From: Macrostomum lignano
Lineage: Eukaryota
Length of the DNA: 64,000 nucleotides
NCBI GenBank assembly: GCA_002269645.1
Contig: NIVC01003244.1
Location: 62,001 to 126,000 of the forward strand
Direction of reading: 5' to 3'
The notes under the pieces were generated by a model that was not told the DNA's origin, did not search any database, and saw only the letters and a program-made list of their open reading frames with translations. A program made the translations under genes and the position numbers. Of the stretch, positions 15,201 to 28,000 are shown one piece after another (position 1 is the first letter of the stretch; each line of letters starts with the position of its first letter).

Positions 15201-18200
15201 CGCCAAATCTCCCACTTCTGAGAGCCAGGTATACAGTACGAAATTCCTCTTTTGGGAACTTTGGCATCAAAGATTTTGGCATAAAAATCTCACTTATTTA
15301 ATAATCAGGCATAAAAATCTAACCACTTACAGAATCTAACCATTTGATGATTGCGGCATGAAAATCTCAAATCTGTGAGTTTCAGGTATCAAAATATCAC
15401 CACTGCGAGATTCAGGTATCATAGTCTCACCTCTGCGAGATTCAGGTATCAAAGTCTCACCTCTTCGAGATTCAGGTATCAAAGTCTCACCTCTGCGAGA
15501 CTCAGGTATCAAAGTCTCACCTCTGCGAGATTCAGGTATCAAAGTCTCACCTCTGCGAGACTCAGGTATCATAGTCTCACCTCTGCGAGATTCAGGTATC
15601 AAAATCTCACTTCTGCGAGACTCATGTATCAAAGTCTCACCTCTGCGAGACTCAGGTATCATAGTCTCACCTCTGCGAGATTCAGGTATCAAAGTCTCAC
15701 CTCTGCCAGACTCAGGTATCATAGTCTCACCTCTGCGAGATTCAGGTATCAAAATCTCACTTCTGCGAGATTCAGGTATCGAAATCTCACCACTGCGAGA
15801 CTCAGGTATCAAAGTCTCACCTCTGCGAGATTCAGGTATCGAAATCTCACCACTGCGAGACTCAGGTATCAAAGTCTCACCTCTGCGAGATTCAGGTATC
15901 AAAATCTCACCTCTTCGAGATTCAGGTATCAAAGTCTCACTTCTGTGAGACTCAGGTAACAAAGTCTCACTTCTGCGAGATTCAGGTATCAAAGTCTCAC
16001 CTCTGCGAGATTCAGGTATCAAAGTCTCACCTCTGCGAGATTCAGGTATCGAAATCTCAGCACTGCGAGATTCAGGTATCGAAATCTCACTTCTGCGACA
16101 TTTAGACATCAAAATCTTACCCTTCAAAGATTTGGGGATCAAAATCTCACCCCTTAGAGATTTGGGTAGTAAATTCTTACCCCTTATATATTCTGGTATC
16201 AAAATCTTAACCCATTATTGAGACTCAGTGTTTAAAATTTTACCAATTTGAAATTCCATCATTAAAATATTCACCCCGTTCACACTAATCATCAAAATCT
16301 CCCACCACCCATTTTAAGAATCGATTTTCAAAATCTCATTTTTCGAGATTTAAGCACATTTTGAGATATAATCATGGATCGAATGGCTTTAAATGAAGGG
16401 TGTGGCAGTTCTATCACAGTACCCCATAAAGGGGGAAGCCAAAGTAAGTCAAGAGATTTATCCTCTACTCCTTTGGCATCAACATAGATGATGAAGCATA
16501 ACCATGATTCAGTGTCTTTATAATCGGGTCAATCTGTCTGAAACTTGAGGTATTCTTGCACCGTAAAAGTGCACACAGAAAAACGCCATAAATTTGCTTC
16601 GCAACTGTAAAATTTATTTACAGTTGCTATTTATGATAAGGCTTGACCATACGGTTTCACACACACACTGACCAGAAAAAATAAAACAACCAACGATTCA
16701 GCCACCTTTAATGACAGTGAATATCCTGACAGTGAATATCTCAAGTGAATATACTAACAGTGAATTAGCCTGACAGTGAGTATCCTGACAGTGAATTAGC
16801 CTGAGAGTGAATATCCTGACAGTGAATATCCTGACAGTGAATTAGCCTGAGTGAATATCCTGATTGAATATCCTGACAGTGAATATCTTGAGTGAATATC
16901 CTGACAGTGAATATCCTGACAGTGAATATCTTGAGTGAATATCCTGACAGTGAATATCCTGACAGTGAATATCCTGAGTGAATATCCTGATTGAATATCC
17001 TGACAGTGAATATCCTGACAGTGAATATCTTGAGTGAATATCCTGACAGTGAATATCTTGAGTGAATATCCTGACAGTGAATATCCTGACAGTGAATATC
17101 CTGACAGTGAATATCTTGAGTGAATATCCTGACAGTTAATAGCTTGACGGTGAATAGCCTGACAGTGAATATCCTGACAGCCAAGACACCGTCAACAAGC
17201 CAATTTATTTTATATCTGCAATACAGACTCACAAAGGAAAGGTATAAAGGTCTTACAAGAGGACATAGGCCAATCAGTGAGTCGATATTTCTGGAGACCA
17301 TCCTCCTTTGCTAGTTCAAGGCTTACAACCAGTTTTTGTTCTTCCTGCTTATCTGAAAAATTAACAATAAAAATGATCAAACAATGCTACTCTTTCGAAC
17401 AGGTAATAGTAGTATTGTGCGAATATATGATTTGCAATTTTTGAAATGCAATTTTTACTTACATATTTTCTCAAAATCATTGCCATTTTCAGTAGTACTA
17501 CCAGAGTTGGGCAATTCGGTTTTATTGTCCATTATATATAATTTACCAACTCTGAAAAAAAGCAGAAAAGTTGAGAGATAACATTTTACATTTTACAAAA
17601 ATGTTATTTTTGTGACATAGCTTTGCATTGCAATAGATTTTTCTTTAGTTTCAATTAATAAATGGCCTCTTATGCAAGTTTTTACTCTTTTTCTTCCCTT
17701 ATTTTTTACATTTTTTGTGTTTTTTTAATACTTTTTCTAATGTACCTTCCTTATGATTTTTGGTATTTGGTTAATTAGTTTGCAACATACTACATACCTA
17801 CTTTTCTTTCACATTTGTTTTAATGAAACAAAAATTCATAGCAATACCATGTGCCTGCTTGCAAAAAGTGAAGCATTTTTAAATACCCAAGAAATTTCTA
17901 ACACTGTTTATAGAGTTTGCATAGGGGTCTATGGTTTTTGTCTATGGCCAAAATATTCTATATTCATATCACATTATAATGCATATAGAATGCATAGAAT
18001 ATAATAGGTATCTCTTTGCCTTAACCTTAAACTGTAAAAGATAAAGGTGTCTAAAGCAACCTTGGTAATAGTAGAATATTTCAAAAAATATGTACAACAT
18101 AAGAATTGAGTTATAATATTTTTCTACTTTTCAATTCTTAACTAAAGATCTTTTAGAATTTTTTAAGGTATATATAAAGTGTTTTTATTGATTAGATTAC

Positions 18201-21200
18201 AAAATTACAACTAATCTAAAACAAATTTGGTTAAACAAAGATCTAATATCTTAAATGATCTAAAACAAGTTTTTATCTAATGCCAAATCAAATGCCTAAT
18301 TGGAACAAATCTAGAAAATATACCAATGGTATGTCAAATATGCAAAGGCATAGCCAAATTTCAATCCTAGATATAAGTTACACAAGGTCAAAACAAAAGT
18401 GAAAATGTTAACCAAATATTATTTTGTTTTTTGTTATTCTTTGAGCAATAGAAGCAGTTTTTGCAATATAGTTTTAATGGTTTCTTTAATTCAAGATTTT
18501 ATATTAAGTATCAATTAATGTTTTTTATATAATGCCATCTATACAGACATATATTTGCTCCAATTTGTAAGTCACAAAACAAAGTCACTTTCAATCAAAA
18601 CTAAGTTATATAGCAAGTATATTTTAGAAGTTTTATATATAATAGGTGGCAGCTAAAGCTTATCTCAATCATTTTCATTGGCTTCTATAAATCAATCTGT
18701 CTATCAAGCAGCCAATGACTGCTTGATAGACAGTCATGGATATAATAACAATTCTATGGCCTTTATCAAAATATCCAATAGATACATTGCAAAGTTTTCA
18801 ACTAGCTCTGGTATGTTACAAGGTGACACCTTTCTCTTTGCTATTTGTCTTACTGATGGACTATGCTCTATACGACTCTGTAATAAAAGGATAGATTTTT
18901 AGTCACTTAGTGCCACAGATTGCAAAATCTTGAGGTCTAACTCCCTTGCTTGCCCTATGTTGACAACATTTTGTCTACTATAGCCTGAAAGTTGGCACAG
19001 AAAAAAACAAAACCTACTCTTCAAGGAAGGTGCTTGCATAGGTCTGCAGATTAGTACTAAGAAGACTAAGGTGCTTCATGTAGGCATTGAGACTCTACTA
19101 ATGCTGCCCAAAGGGGAAATCAGCTGATAATCAGCTGGATGTAACGCATAAAATGTGCAGAATCCACCAAATAACCCACCTAATGCTTGGCTATTTACTG
19201 GGTGGATTTTGTTTCAGAAACTGCCAAAGAACCTGCCAGCCATTGTGCAGTTTCCTGGGTGGTTTTTTCAGTTGGAAACTCTTCTCTTGGTGGTTTTTTT
19301 GGTGGTTTCTTCTTAGCGGTTTCCTGAAAGAGAGTAAATGGTGGATTCTGCAGGAATCATCCAAAGCTTTGTGAGAACCAGCCAAAGTTTCTGGTGGGTT
19401 CCTTTGTCAATTCCAATTTTCAACATGGCTGGAATCTCTGAAAGAAACTGATAAGTGTTTGGTGGTTTTTTCAGTTGGAATCTTTTATCTAGGTGGTTTT
19501 TTGGGTGGTTTCTTGTAGTAATATTTTGTAGACTAGTCTCTGAATATGGACAATATATGCAAAAAAATTTGCTTTGCATACTGCAAACAGTATATTTAAG
19601 ATCTAATCTACCAAGTATGCACCAATAGACTAGGGGGTATTGCAACAATAAAGGACCTGTTTTAGCACTCTACATTACTCTAGCAATGATAACAAGTCAA
19701 CAAAACAATATTGCTAAACCCTAGGCCTATAACAGGCTATAAGGAGCATATTAAACAACTTGGCCAACTCTTTGATGTACACTATGGACATGGTACTAAA
19801 CTGCCTATAACCTTGTTTCATGTGAGAATTTTCCCTACAAATTTCTAAGAGTTAGGGCCTTAGGTGCATAGCTAAGATTCATATCAAATGAGGGGACAAA
19901 GACATAAAAAGAAACATAAATCTATCTCCGATAAAAGCAAAATATAAAGGCAAAAAAATTTCCCCATAAGTAGACTATTGGCCTACTGGAAGCATAGAGG
20001 GCATAAATTATAACTAGGCCCAGACTTTCAAATCTATTACATGGTACACTAGAAAATATGACTCTCTATACTATAAATTTAAATTTATGGCAAAAAAACA
20101 AATTTAAATAGGGCCTACTTGCCATATTGCGGAAGGTTTTGTGTACGCCGGACACATTTTTATTGAATTTTCAATTGTACGCCAACAGATTTTAAATGTA
20201 CGCCAACTTAAAAAACGGTAAAAAAATCAGCGAATATTTAAATTTAAACTACAAAAATTTGATAACAACATGACGATTGTCGTGACAATTCCGGTAATTA
20301 AAATGATTGGTAGATGAGAAAATAGTAGCAGAAAAAAATAGTTTTTGAAATAACTTAACACAGAAAAAGCATGAAAAAAATTATTATATTAATTTCTACG
20401 CCAGTCACATACACCACACTGTACGCCACACTGTACACAGCCAAGAAATGTACGCTGGTGTATGCCACGGAAATCAAGTATATGCCGGAATTTTCCGGCG
20501 TACACCCCACCATCCGCAAAATGGCCTACTTGTGATCTATATACCAGACATTATCAAAAAGTGTAACAACAAAAAAAGACTTTATTGCATTGCAACAATT
20601 AAGGACCTTTTTGAGTTGTGACAATATAAGACCCTTTCATGCATTAGGCCCCTATGTCATTTGGTATTTTGTATACTAATAGCTATGCAATATGTTGGCT
20701 CTGTGACACAATTTTCTAGTAGATTCTTCTCTATACTAGATATTTACTAACCATTTTTAGGTCTGTTGTAGCCTATACTAGAACCTTTTTATATTTATAT
20801 AGGCCTATGATTTAGGAATAGAGGACTAGGCCTATTTTAGGATAGGCCTATCTAAAGTAGATTTTGAGTCTAAGTTTTAAGGAATTAGACATTGCCATAT
20901 TAGGGCAGATTTTGAGTCTGAGTAACTGAGTTTTGGTATAGACTATAGGCCTATTGAGGTAGAAAGTTTTTTGGTCTTAAATATATTCCTAGGCAATTGA
21001 TATAGGCCTATTTAGCAACATTTAAAGTTGCCACTTTATACTTGTATGCCAATGAGTAATTTTTGGGACTTCTTTAAGTTTATGTTGATAAAATAGTTGC
21101 AATTTTGATAAGATCATAATTTTGTTTCTATAAGGGTTTTTGATGGTGCTGATTTCAAATTTGAGCTCCATTTTTTGGTAGCTTTAACCCAATTATATGT

Positions 21201-23627
21201 AGCTTAAAACCAACCACCGGGGCATAGGGAATAGGGGGTTTTAGGGTGGGGAGATTCTTCATGGGGATTGATTTTATCAACATAAACTTGAATAGAGGCA
21301 TGGAGACCTATTCAAGATTGTGTTGATAAATTCCAATCCTAATAGGGGGGAGGAGAGGGGGTTGTAGCTTAAAACCAATGACTCAGGGGGCATGGGGTCG
21401 GGGATTGGGGAAGGGGGGTTTAGGGTAGGGAGATTCTTCATGGGGATTGATTTTATCAACATAAACTTAAATAGAGGCATGGAGACCTATTCAAAATTGT
21501 GTTGATAAATTCTAATCCTAATAGGGGGGGGGTTGTAGCTTAAAACCAATGACTGGGGCATGGGGAATGGGGGGAGGGTTTAGGGTGGGGAGATTTTTCA
21601 TGGGGATTGATTTTATCAACATAAACTTGAATAGAGGCATGGAGACCTATTCAAGATTCTGTTGATAAATTCCAATCCTAATAGGGGGGGGGGGTTGTCT
21701 GAATCAGACGACACAAGAAAAGAGTCAACATATTTCAGATTCAGAAGTTGGTTAAATTCTATAACTTTATCTATATGAATTTGCTTACAAAAATCAGGTG
21801 CTGTTATTGCCATAATACAATATAATTAGTAGTATAGCCTTGTACAGTAATTGGTTGAGAGGTGCGAAGTGCTTTGAAGTTGCAAACGTTGCTTTGGCTG
21901 GGTGCAGTGAAAGTGCAAGCGCCAAGTGCATAGATCAAGCGGGTCGTGACGTGGCAATTTAAAAAAAAGCAAACAGTGTCTATGCATTATAACTAAATTG
22001 AAAAACTATTATCCTCAAACGTAAAAGACAATTGCATATTAATTTTTAGATATTAATATTTATCTTTAATTGGCCTAATGAAGTTCTAGCACATGTGCTA
22101 TTATATTAAAAGTCTAGTGGATACACTTTCAAAAATGTATTTGGAGAAACTTTTGCTACCAAACCTCATTAAGAGAATAGGGAAACGAGTAAATCGTGAT
22201 TGCATCAACCGTACAGGTAACTTTCTACAGTTTTTTTGCATTTTTGAAATTTTTGGTGCGCCATAAGTGTCCACTGCAAGTTTCAGAAAAATCGGAAAAT
22301 CAGAAGTATTTTATCAACATAAACTTGAAGAAGTCCAATTTTTGGACTATTCTGAACAAAGGTAAAAAACTAATTGGGGTAGGCCCAATGGCCTAACTTT
22401 GCCTTTTAATATGTCCAACCTTTGTACACTAGGCCTACTACCCCTATTTTATTCTTTAACTTGAATCTGCAGTGGCATAGCTAAATTGTGACACTTGCAA
22501 AGATTGAGAGACTTTAGGCCTATCTGCACTCTCAAAAGCTAAGGGCCTATGTTATGTCACAATCCTGACCTGACTATGGACCTAGCCTAGTCTAGGACTC
22601 TAGGTCCTTGAAAATTTAAAATAAAGATAGGCAGCAAGGAACTTGGAAGGCACAATTAATTTACACAGTAACATTCAAAGTAGACCTATGCCTAATATAA
22701 TATGATGTATGCCCTCTAGTCTAGGCTAGCTAGACTACACAGTTACACAGTTGTACTTGTAGGCCTAAAAAATGGGCCTAGCCTGCAGCTGCAGCTACAC
22801 GTTACACTTACACGTACACAGTCATAAACCTAATTAAAATGTGAACCACTATAGCAAAATGGCACTACAACAAAATAGGCCAATAAATACGATAAAAAGA
22901 ATACAATTGTATATAATACTGTTGTATACAATACAGACACAATTATCTATCTAATACATTACCGACACAGACTTCATTAAAAAAACGATTTTTCGCTCGA
23001 AAAACTAACTAGCTAACTATAATTCTAAGAATCAACTTCGATATAAGGAAGCGATACGCTTCAATAAGCCGCGTAGATAGTCCAACGAAAGCACAACTGG
23101 GTGAATTCATTTTATTTCAAGCTTATCTGTGAATATTGATCAAAGTCAGGAAACCTTTCTCTAAACTTGAACAAGCATGATAAGTTGTTGATTCTTTTTT
23201 ACTTTTACTCGTCCTACCATCTAACCGAAGCTGCCTTGAGTAGCTAAGTGTTCTGGTCTAAGCTTGGCTATCGGCCCTTTTTATATCATCATTCATCAGC
23301 ATTGATGTATGTCTTTTGTCTGTAGGTGTCGGATTCTTTTCAATATTCAATATTCAGCATGTGTAAACTCTGAATCATAATTATGATTCACTACTGTCAT
23401 TATACTACATGTAGCTGACGTAACCCGAGCTGCATGAGAATACCTGCAAATCCCTGGGCTTTGGCACTGAAAAGTACAGCCACCAGGCCTCGTCCCCTAG
23501 ACTTTGTCCATGTCTGGATGGTGCGGTAGCTGACGACGTTGCGCGGGCCAACAAGATACCTAATTTGGACAGCGGGCCCCATAGTTTTTTGAAGGTACAC
23601 GTCAGAAGCCTGGCCGCCACCAGTCAC
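9279..23627 (-). CDS. Uncharacterised multi-exon protein (exons 23627-23444, 17352-17233, 15117-14911, 14344-14150, 10984-9279; 5' end unresolved, probably near 23700-23910)
   Basis: Five GT-AG exons join in one open frame with matching phases (exon lengths 184, 120, 207, 195 nt, all phase-1 junctions). The N-terminal part looks globular; the C-terminal ~550 aa is Q/S/D-rich low complexity. No family recognised. Confidence 0.65.
11013..11412. repeat. G-rich minisatellite (GGGGTCAGATAGGGGTCATGTAG-like)
   Basis: Direct reading; many G4-G6 runs. Confidence 0.9.
11862..12850. repeat. Minisatellite, 30-31 bp (CACTGGACAGGAGTGACACACAGGGTGAAG)
   Basis: Direct reading. Confidence 0.95.
13495..14071. 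repeat. Minisatellite, ~22 bp (CAGCTATGAGACTAGATTATAA[T]); a degenerate continuation lies at ~14520-14890
   Basis: Direct reading. Confidence 0.9.
15365..16200. repeat. Minisatellite, 30 bp (GCGAGATTCAGGTATCAAAGTCTCACCTCT)
   Basis: Direct reading; explains the IPESRRGETL-repeat ORF. Confidence 0.95.
16712..17179. repeat. Minisatellite, 13/15 bp (GACAGTGAATATCCT)
   Basis: Direct reading. Confidence 0.95.
20122..20524. mobile_element. Non-autonomous DNA transposon (MITE), hAT-like 8-bp TSD
   Basis: Imperfect ~30-bp TIRs (CCATATTGCGGAAGG..GTGTACGCCGGA / TCCGGCGTACAC..CCATCCGCAAAATGG); perfect TSD CCTACTTG at 20114-20121 and 20525-20532. Confidence 0.8.
21199..21697. repeat. Three tandem ~165-171 bp units, each containing a ~75-nt inverted repeat
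   Basis: Units start with GTAGCTTAAAACCAA at 21199, 21364 and 21535; hairpins at 21265-21339, 21444-21518 and 21604-21678. Confidence 0.9.
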
Positions 23628-24189
23628 CTGTGCAGGAGTACATATACACCCGCGCCGTAAAAACTAACGATGAGACGTACGGGACTCCCGGTCAAGCAGA
23701 CTGTGAGGAATATTAGAAAATGGTGAGCAATGGGGGGGGGTGGAGACGACCTGGCTAAGGATACTGAAAGACAGCGCAAGGAAGGGAGGAAAATAACTTA
23801 ACAGACACGGCTGACGGGCAGGGCTGCTTGGGCGCAGTAGTCGTCATAGATGGTCACGGTGGCCGCTGGATGATTCAGGAAGTCTCGGAATGGGGTGGGC
23901 GTCAGCCAGATCTGGTGGGCAACAGATAGGGAAGAGGAAGAAGGACAGTTAGCGAATGTCTATTGGGGAGCTCCTGAGGATCTAGGAGCAATAATGAAAG
24001 TATTCGGAGGAAATTAAATTAGTCTTAGGGGTGATCGCCGCGGTTCGGGTACGGAGTCCGGTCTCGCGGGAAAACAAACTAACAGCACAATTGGGGCGGA
24101 AACAGTAAAACGAGTACAGGTCCCGATTGAAGGAAAGTGAAGAAAGAACGGTTTGATGCTCAGGACTCAAAACGGGCTCCTACCTCTGT

Positions 24190-24300
24190 TACTAAAAAAC
24201 CCAGATGACGTCTCGCTGTGATTGGATGAGAAATTGGGGTGGGGCACAGCGGCGAACATAGGGGGTCAGAGTTGCGCATTGGATTTGATGATACGTGAGA
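24190..24300. promoter_or_regulatory. Candidate bidirectional promoter core
   Basis: CRE-like TGACGTC at 24206-24212 and two CCAAT boxes (ATTGG at 24221 and 24278), lying between the divergent 5' ends of the minus-strand gene and the WSC gene. Confidence 0.35.
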
Positions 24301-25010
24301 ATTAAGCTAAGCAAGCTAGGCGTGCATATTATTGCGGCGGGCTATCGAGAAAACGTTGTTAAATGTATTGAATATATTTCTTCGAGTAAAAAGATATTAG
24401 CATTACGAGTATTAGGATGCATAACACATGTAACAGAAGCAAAAGGGTGCAGCAAAGAGATGAGACAGTACAGCGAGGGGAGAGACAGATGCAATAAATA
24501 GGGAGGATAAAGGGATTTACATGGCAGATGAAGGGGAGTGATAGAATAATAGTGATAGTGGACAGTGCTAGCAGGCAGGAGAAGCCGCACTCGACCCAAG
24601 GGTCACAAGTCACATATCTTGTTTACTAGAGAGAACAATTAAGAGCCAAAAGGGGAAAGGCAGCCGTCTAATTTATGAGGCACTCAGACGCCAAGGCCGT
24701 GGTTACAGCACTTACTTTATAAATCATATTTCCTAGATACGAATGAAAAACCCTTTTCACCATAGCCGTCTAAATCAACTTAGTGAGGTTTGCGAAAATT
24801 GAAAAATGCTTTTTACGTTTTTGCAAAATCGACAGCCTTGAGTCAAAAAAGGCTTCTCGATTGATAATGGATTTTAATCAGTATTCACCCAGCCGTGTGG
24901 ACCCAAACGACAGGCGAAAAGACAATTTCAATTTGAAATGCAATATAAAAGATCCATTAAGAATCGAACGGGCTCTGCAAATTTCTCGAATTCTGATTCA
25001 AGCTTTGGCC

Positions 25011-28000
25011 ATGATGTCGCTCCATAGAATTTTCCCGATCCTGAGCAGCCTGATCTGCGTCACTCTTTGTCAGCAGTTTCAGACCACGGATCTCGGCTGC
25101 TTTGTTGACTACACGAATGGTGTGAGAGATATATGCAAACTGAAAAACCTGGGCCTGACACGGGTTGGCCGTTACACCATACGGCCTGACGCTACTGATG
25201 TAAGTTACGTTTTCGTGTCGAGTTGGCAAATGACTCACGAGCTGTGCGGCACCATCTGCTCACTTGGCGGCTTCAAGTTTCTGACGCTTCAAGGCGAAAA
25301 CTGGTGCAGCTGCGGCAACTCCTACGGCTCGCAGGGCGCGGCTCCTGACTGGGAATGCTGGGACACCTGCATCGGTAACAGGGCTCAGAACTGTGGTGGT
25401 CCTTACCGAAACCGAGTCTTAAAATTGACATATGCTAGCAGTAAGTTTACAGGAACTTATTTCTGGGTAGCTACCGAACATAATCCTAACAGTAGGATTA
25501 GTAGTTTCTTATAAATAAGCATGTCGTATACTCTCCAGAAATCGGATTTTTCTCTTGACCAATTTTGTCTATGGTGAAAGCTCATTCAGCGCTCCTAGAT
25601 TCTATACGCTCACAGATTCTATTTACCCGAATAGATGGGCCACTCCGCCGCAAGCGCGAAAACCCCAGGGGTTAAGACCATAGACTATAGCTTTTACTGC
25701 CCTCAAGCATTGGCATAGCGATCGATGCTTGAGTGATACATCTGGGTGATTTACACTCAGCAACATTTAAAAGTGCCCACCCTTGCGCCAAGGGTCCATG
25801 GGCAGTACGATCGATGTTTTCGCCAATTGGTTTTGGGCCATAGACAAATGAGCAAAAAGGGCAGTAAAGTGTAAAGACTGATATCTGGTGTCACAGGAAA
25901 AGCGTTACAGTAACGAGTGTACAGGGGTTTGCTGGAGGCATCTGGACGCAGAGTGACAACGATAGCCCGCTAAATGACTGATTGGCGCACTCTGCGTTGG
26001 CCGTCCAGATCACCGGATATGAACTCGATTGAGTACGTGTGGGCTTTCCTGAAGCGCACGATTCGGTGCAACAATCTCTATCCCCCTAAAACATAGTCCA
26101 GCTGCGCAATGCACTTTCAGTCGCGTGGCAACAGCTTCCACAAGACTTTCTGCGGCGCCTTGTTCGGGAATGCCTCGACAAGTGAGCGGTCTGTTGGACG
26201 CTCGTGGTTGCTATCTATACCTGTTACTGACTGTGCTTTAGACACGTACACATCGTGGAAATGGGCATGGACTTGTTTCGGTGTTCATTCTTTGTTGTCT
26301 TATTTTGATTGTCTATGGCCCAAACATAGTTTAAAAACCTTTCAATCCCTAATAGTTCAGCTAGTGTAGCCTTTTGTCCAGTACGTGGACACTTTTCAAT
26401 GTTGCTGAGTGATTAAGAAAATGTGCTTTTTTGTTGTTTTCCATGAACTATTTTTGCTCCTTTCTTATTGGGCGCCCCGAAGGTTTATTAAGATAAAGAT
26501 AGCAATAACCAAGGATTATTGCTCTTAATAAGCCAAGGATTATCGTTTTTAATAAGCCAAGGATTATCGCAATTGGCAAACCAAGGATTACTGCACTTGA
26601 TAAACCAAGGATTACTGCACTTGATAAACCAGGGATTATTGCTCTTAATAAACCAAGGATTACTGCGCTTGATAAGCCAAGGATTACTGCACTTGATAAA
26701 CCAAGGATTAATGTACTTGATAAACCAAGAATTATCGCTCTAAATAAGCTAAGGATAATTGCTCTCAATAAACCAAGGATTACTGCGCTTGATAAACCAA
26801 GGATTATTGCTCTTAATAAGCTAAGGATTATTGCACTTGGCAAACCAAGGATTACTGCTCTTAATAAGCCAAGAATTATTGCTCTTAATAAGCTAAGGAT
26901 TATTGCGCTTGATAAGCCAAGGAATACTGCACTTGATTAACCAAGGATTACTGCACTTGATAAACCAAGAATTATCGCTCTAATAAGCCAAGGATTATTG
27001 CACTTGGCAAACCAAGGATTACTGCACTTGATAAACCAAGGATTACTGTACTTGATAAACCAAGAATTATCGCTCTAAATAAGCTAAGGATAATTGCTCT
27101 CAATAAACCAAGGATTACTGCGCTTGATAAACCAAGGATTATTGCACTTGATAAACCAAGGATTATTGCTCATAATAAGGTAAGGATTATTGCACTTGGC
27201 AAACCAAGGATTACTGCTCTTAATAAGCCAAGGATTATTGCTCTTAATAAGCTAAGGATTATTGCGCTTGATAAACCAAGGATTACTGCACTTGATAAAC
27301 CAAGGACTACTGCACTTGATAAGCTTGGCTACTTGTATGGGATTCTTTCTGTCCAGGGATGCTTGCTGTTCAGGGATTTTTGCAATCTGCAGGATGCTTG
27401 CTATCTGGGTGGATGCTTCTACAGTATCTAGGGATGCTTGCTATGTGCAGGTTGCTTGCTATCTGGGGTGAAGCTTGCTACGTGTATTAAGGGATGCTTG
27501 CTATCTGCTGTTGCTTACTTTTGGAGGGGGGTGCTTGCTATCTGGAGGGATACTTGCTGTCTTGGAAATATTTTCTATTTAGGTGGAATGTCTGTTATCT
27601 TTTTGAAAGCTATATTTTGTTGTCAGTTTGTTAATTTTAGATAAAAAGGGATTCATAGCAAATATCATTGTCCGTGACAATTTTACATGAATAAGGTGAT
27701 TTTTAAAAGTGAAGAAGGAATTGTTGTTTAACGCCAGTGATGCCTCTGCATGATAGGCAACTGTGTTGCCTTTGGGTAACAATATTTTTTGCTGTAGCTG
27801 CTTTTCCAGCCATTGCCGAGCGTACTGCTTGAACCGCTACAGAAGTAGTACGCTATTGCTTTGAAAGAATGCAAGTATGGTTGAATTGTCAGTTTTAGAA
27901 TTCTACACAAGCATGTTTTATTAGCACATAAGCCCCAGAATTAAAATGAGAATTCGATTCCTAGCCCCCCTCCCTAAGAATTCTTTTCATTTTAAAGGAT

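Noticed and set aside
15336-16202. 288-aa IPESRRGETL-repeat ORF as a coding exon of the minus-strand gene
   Set aside because: A 30-bp stop-free unit gives an ORF automatically; the flanking exons already join in phase without it.
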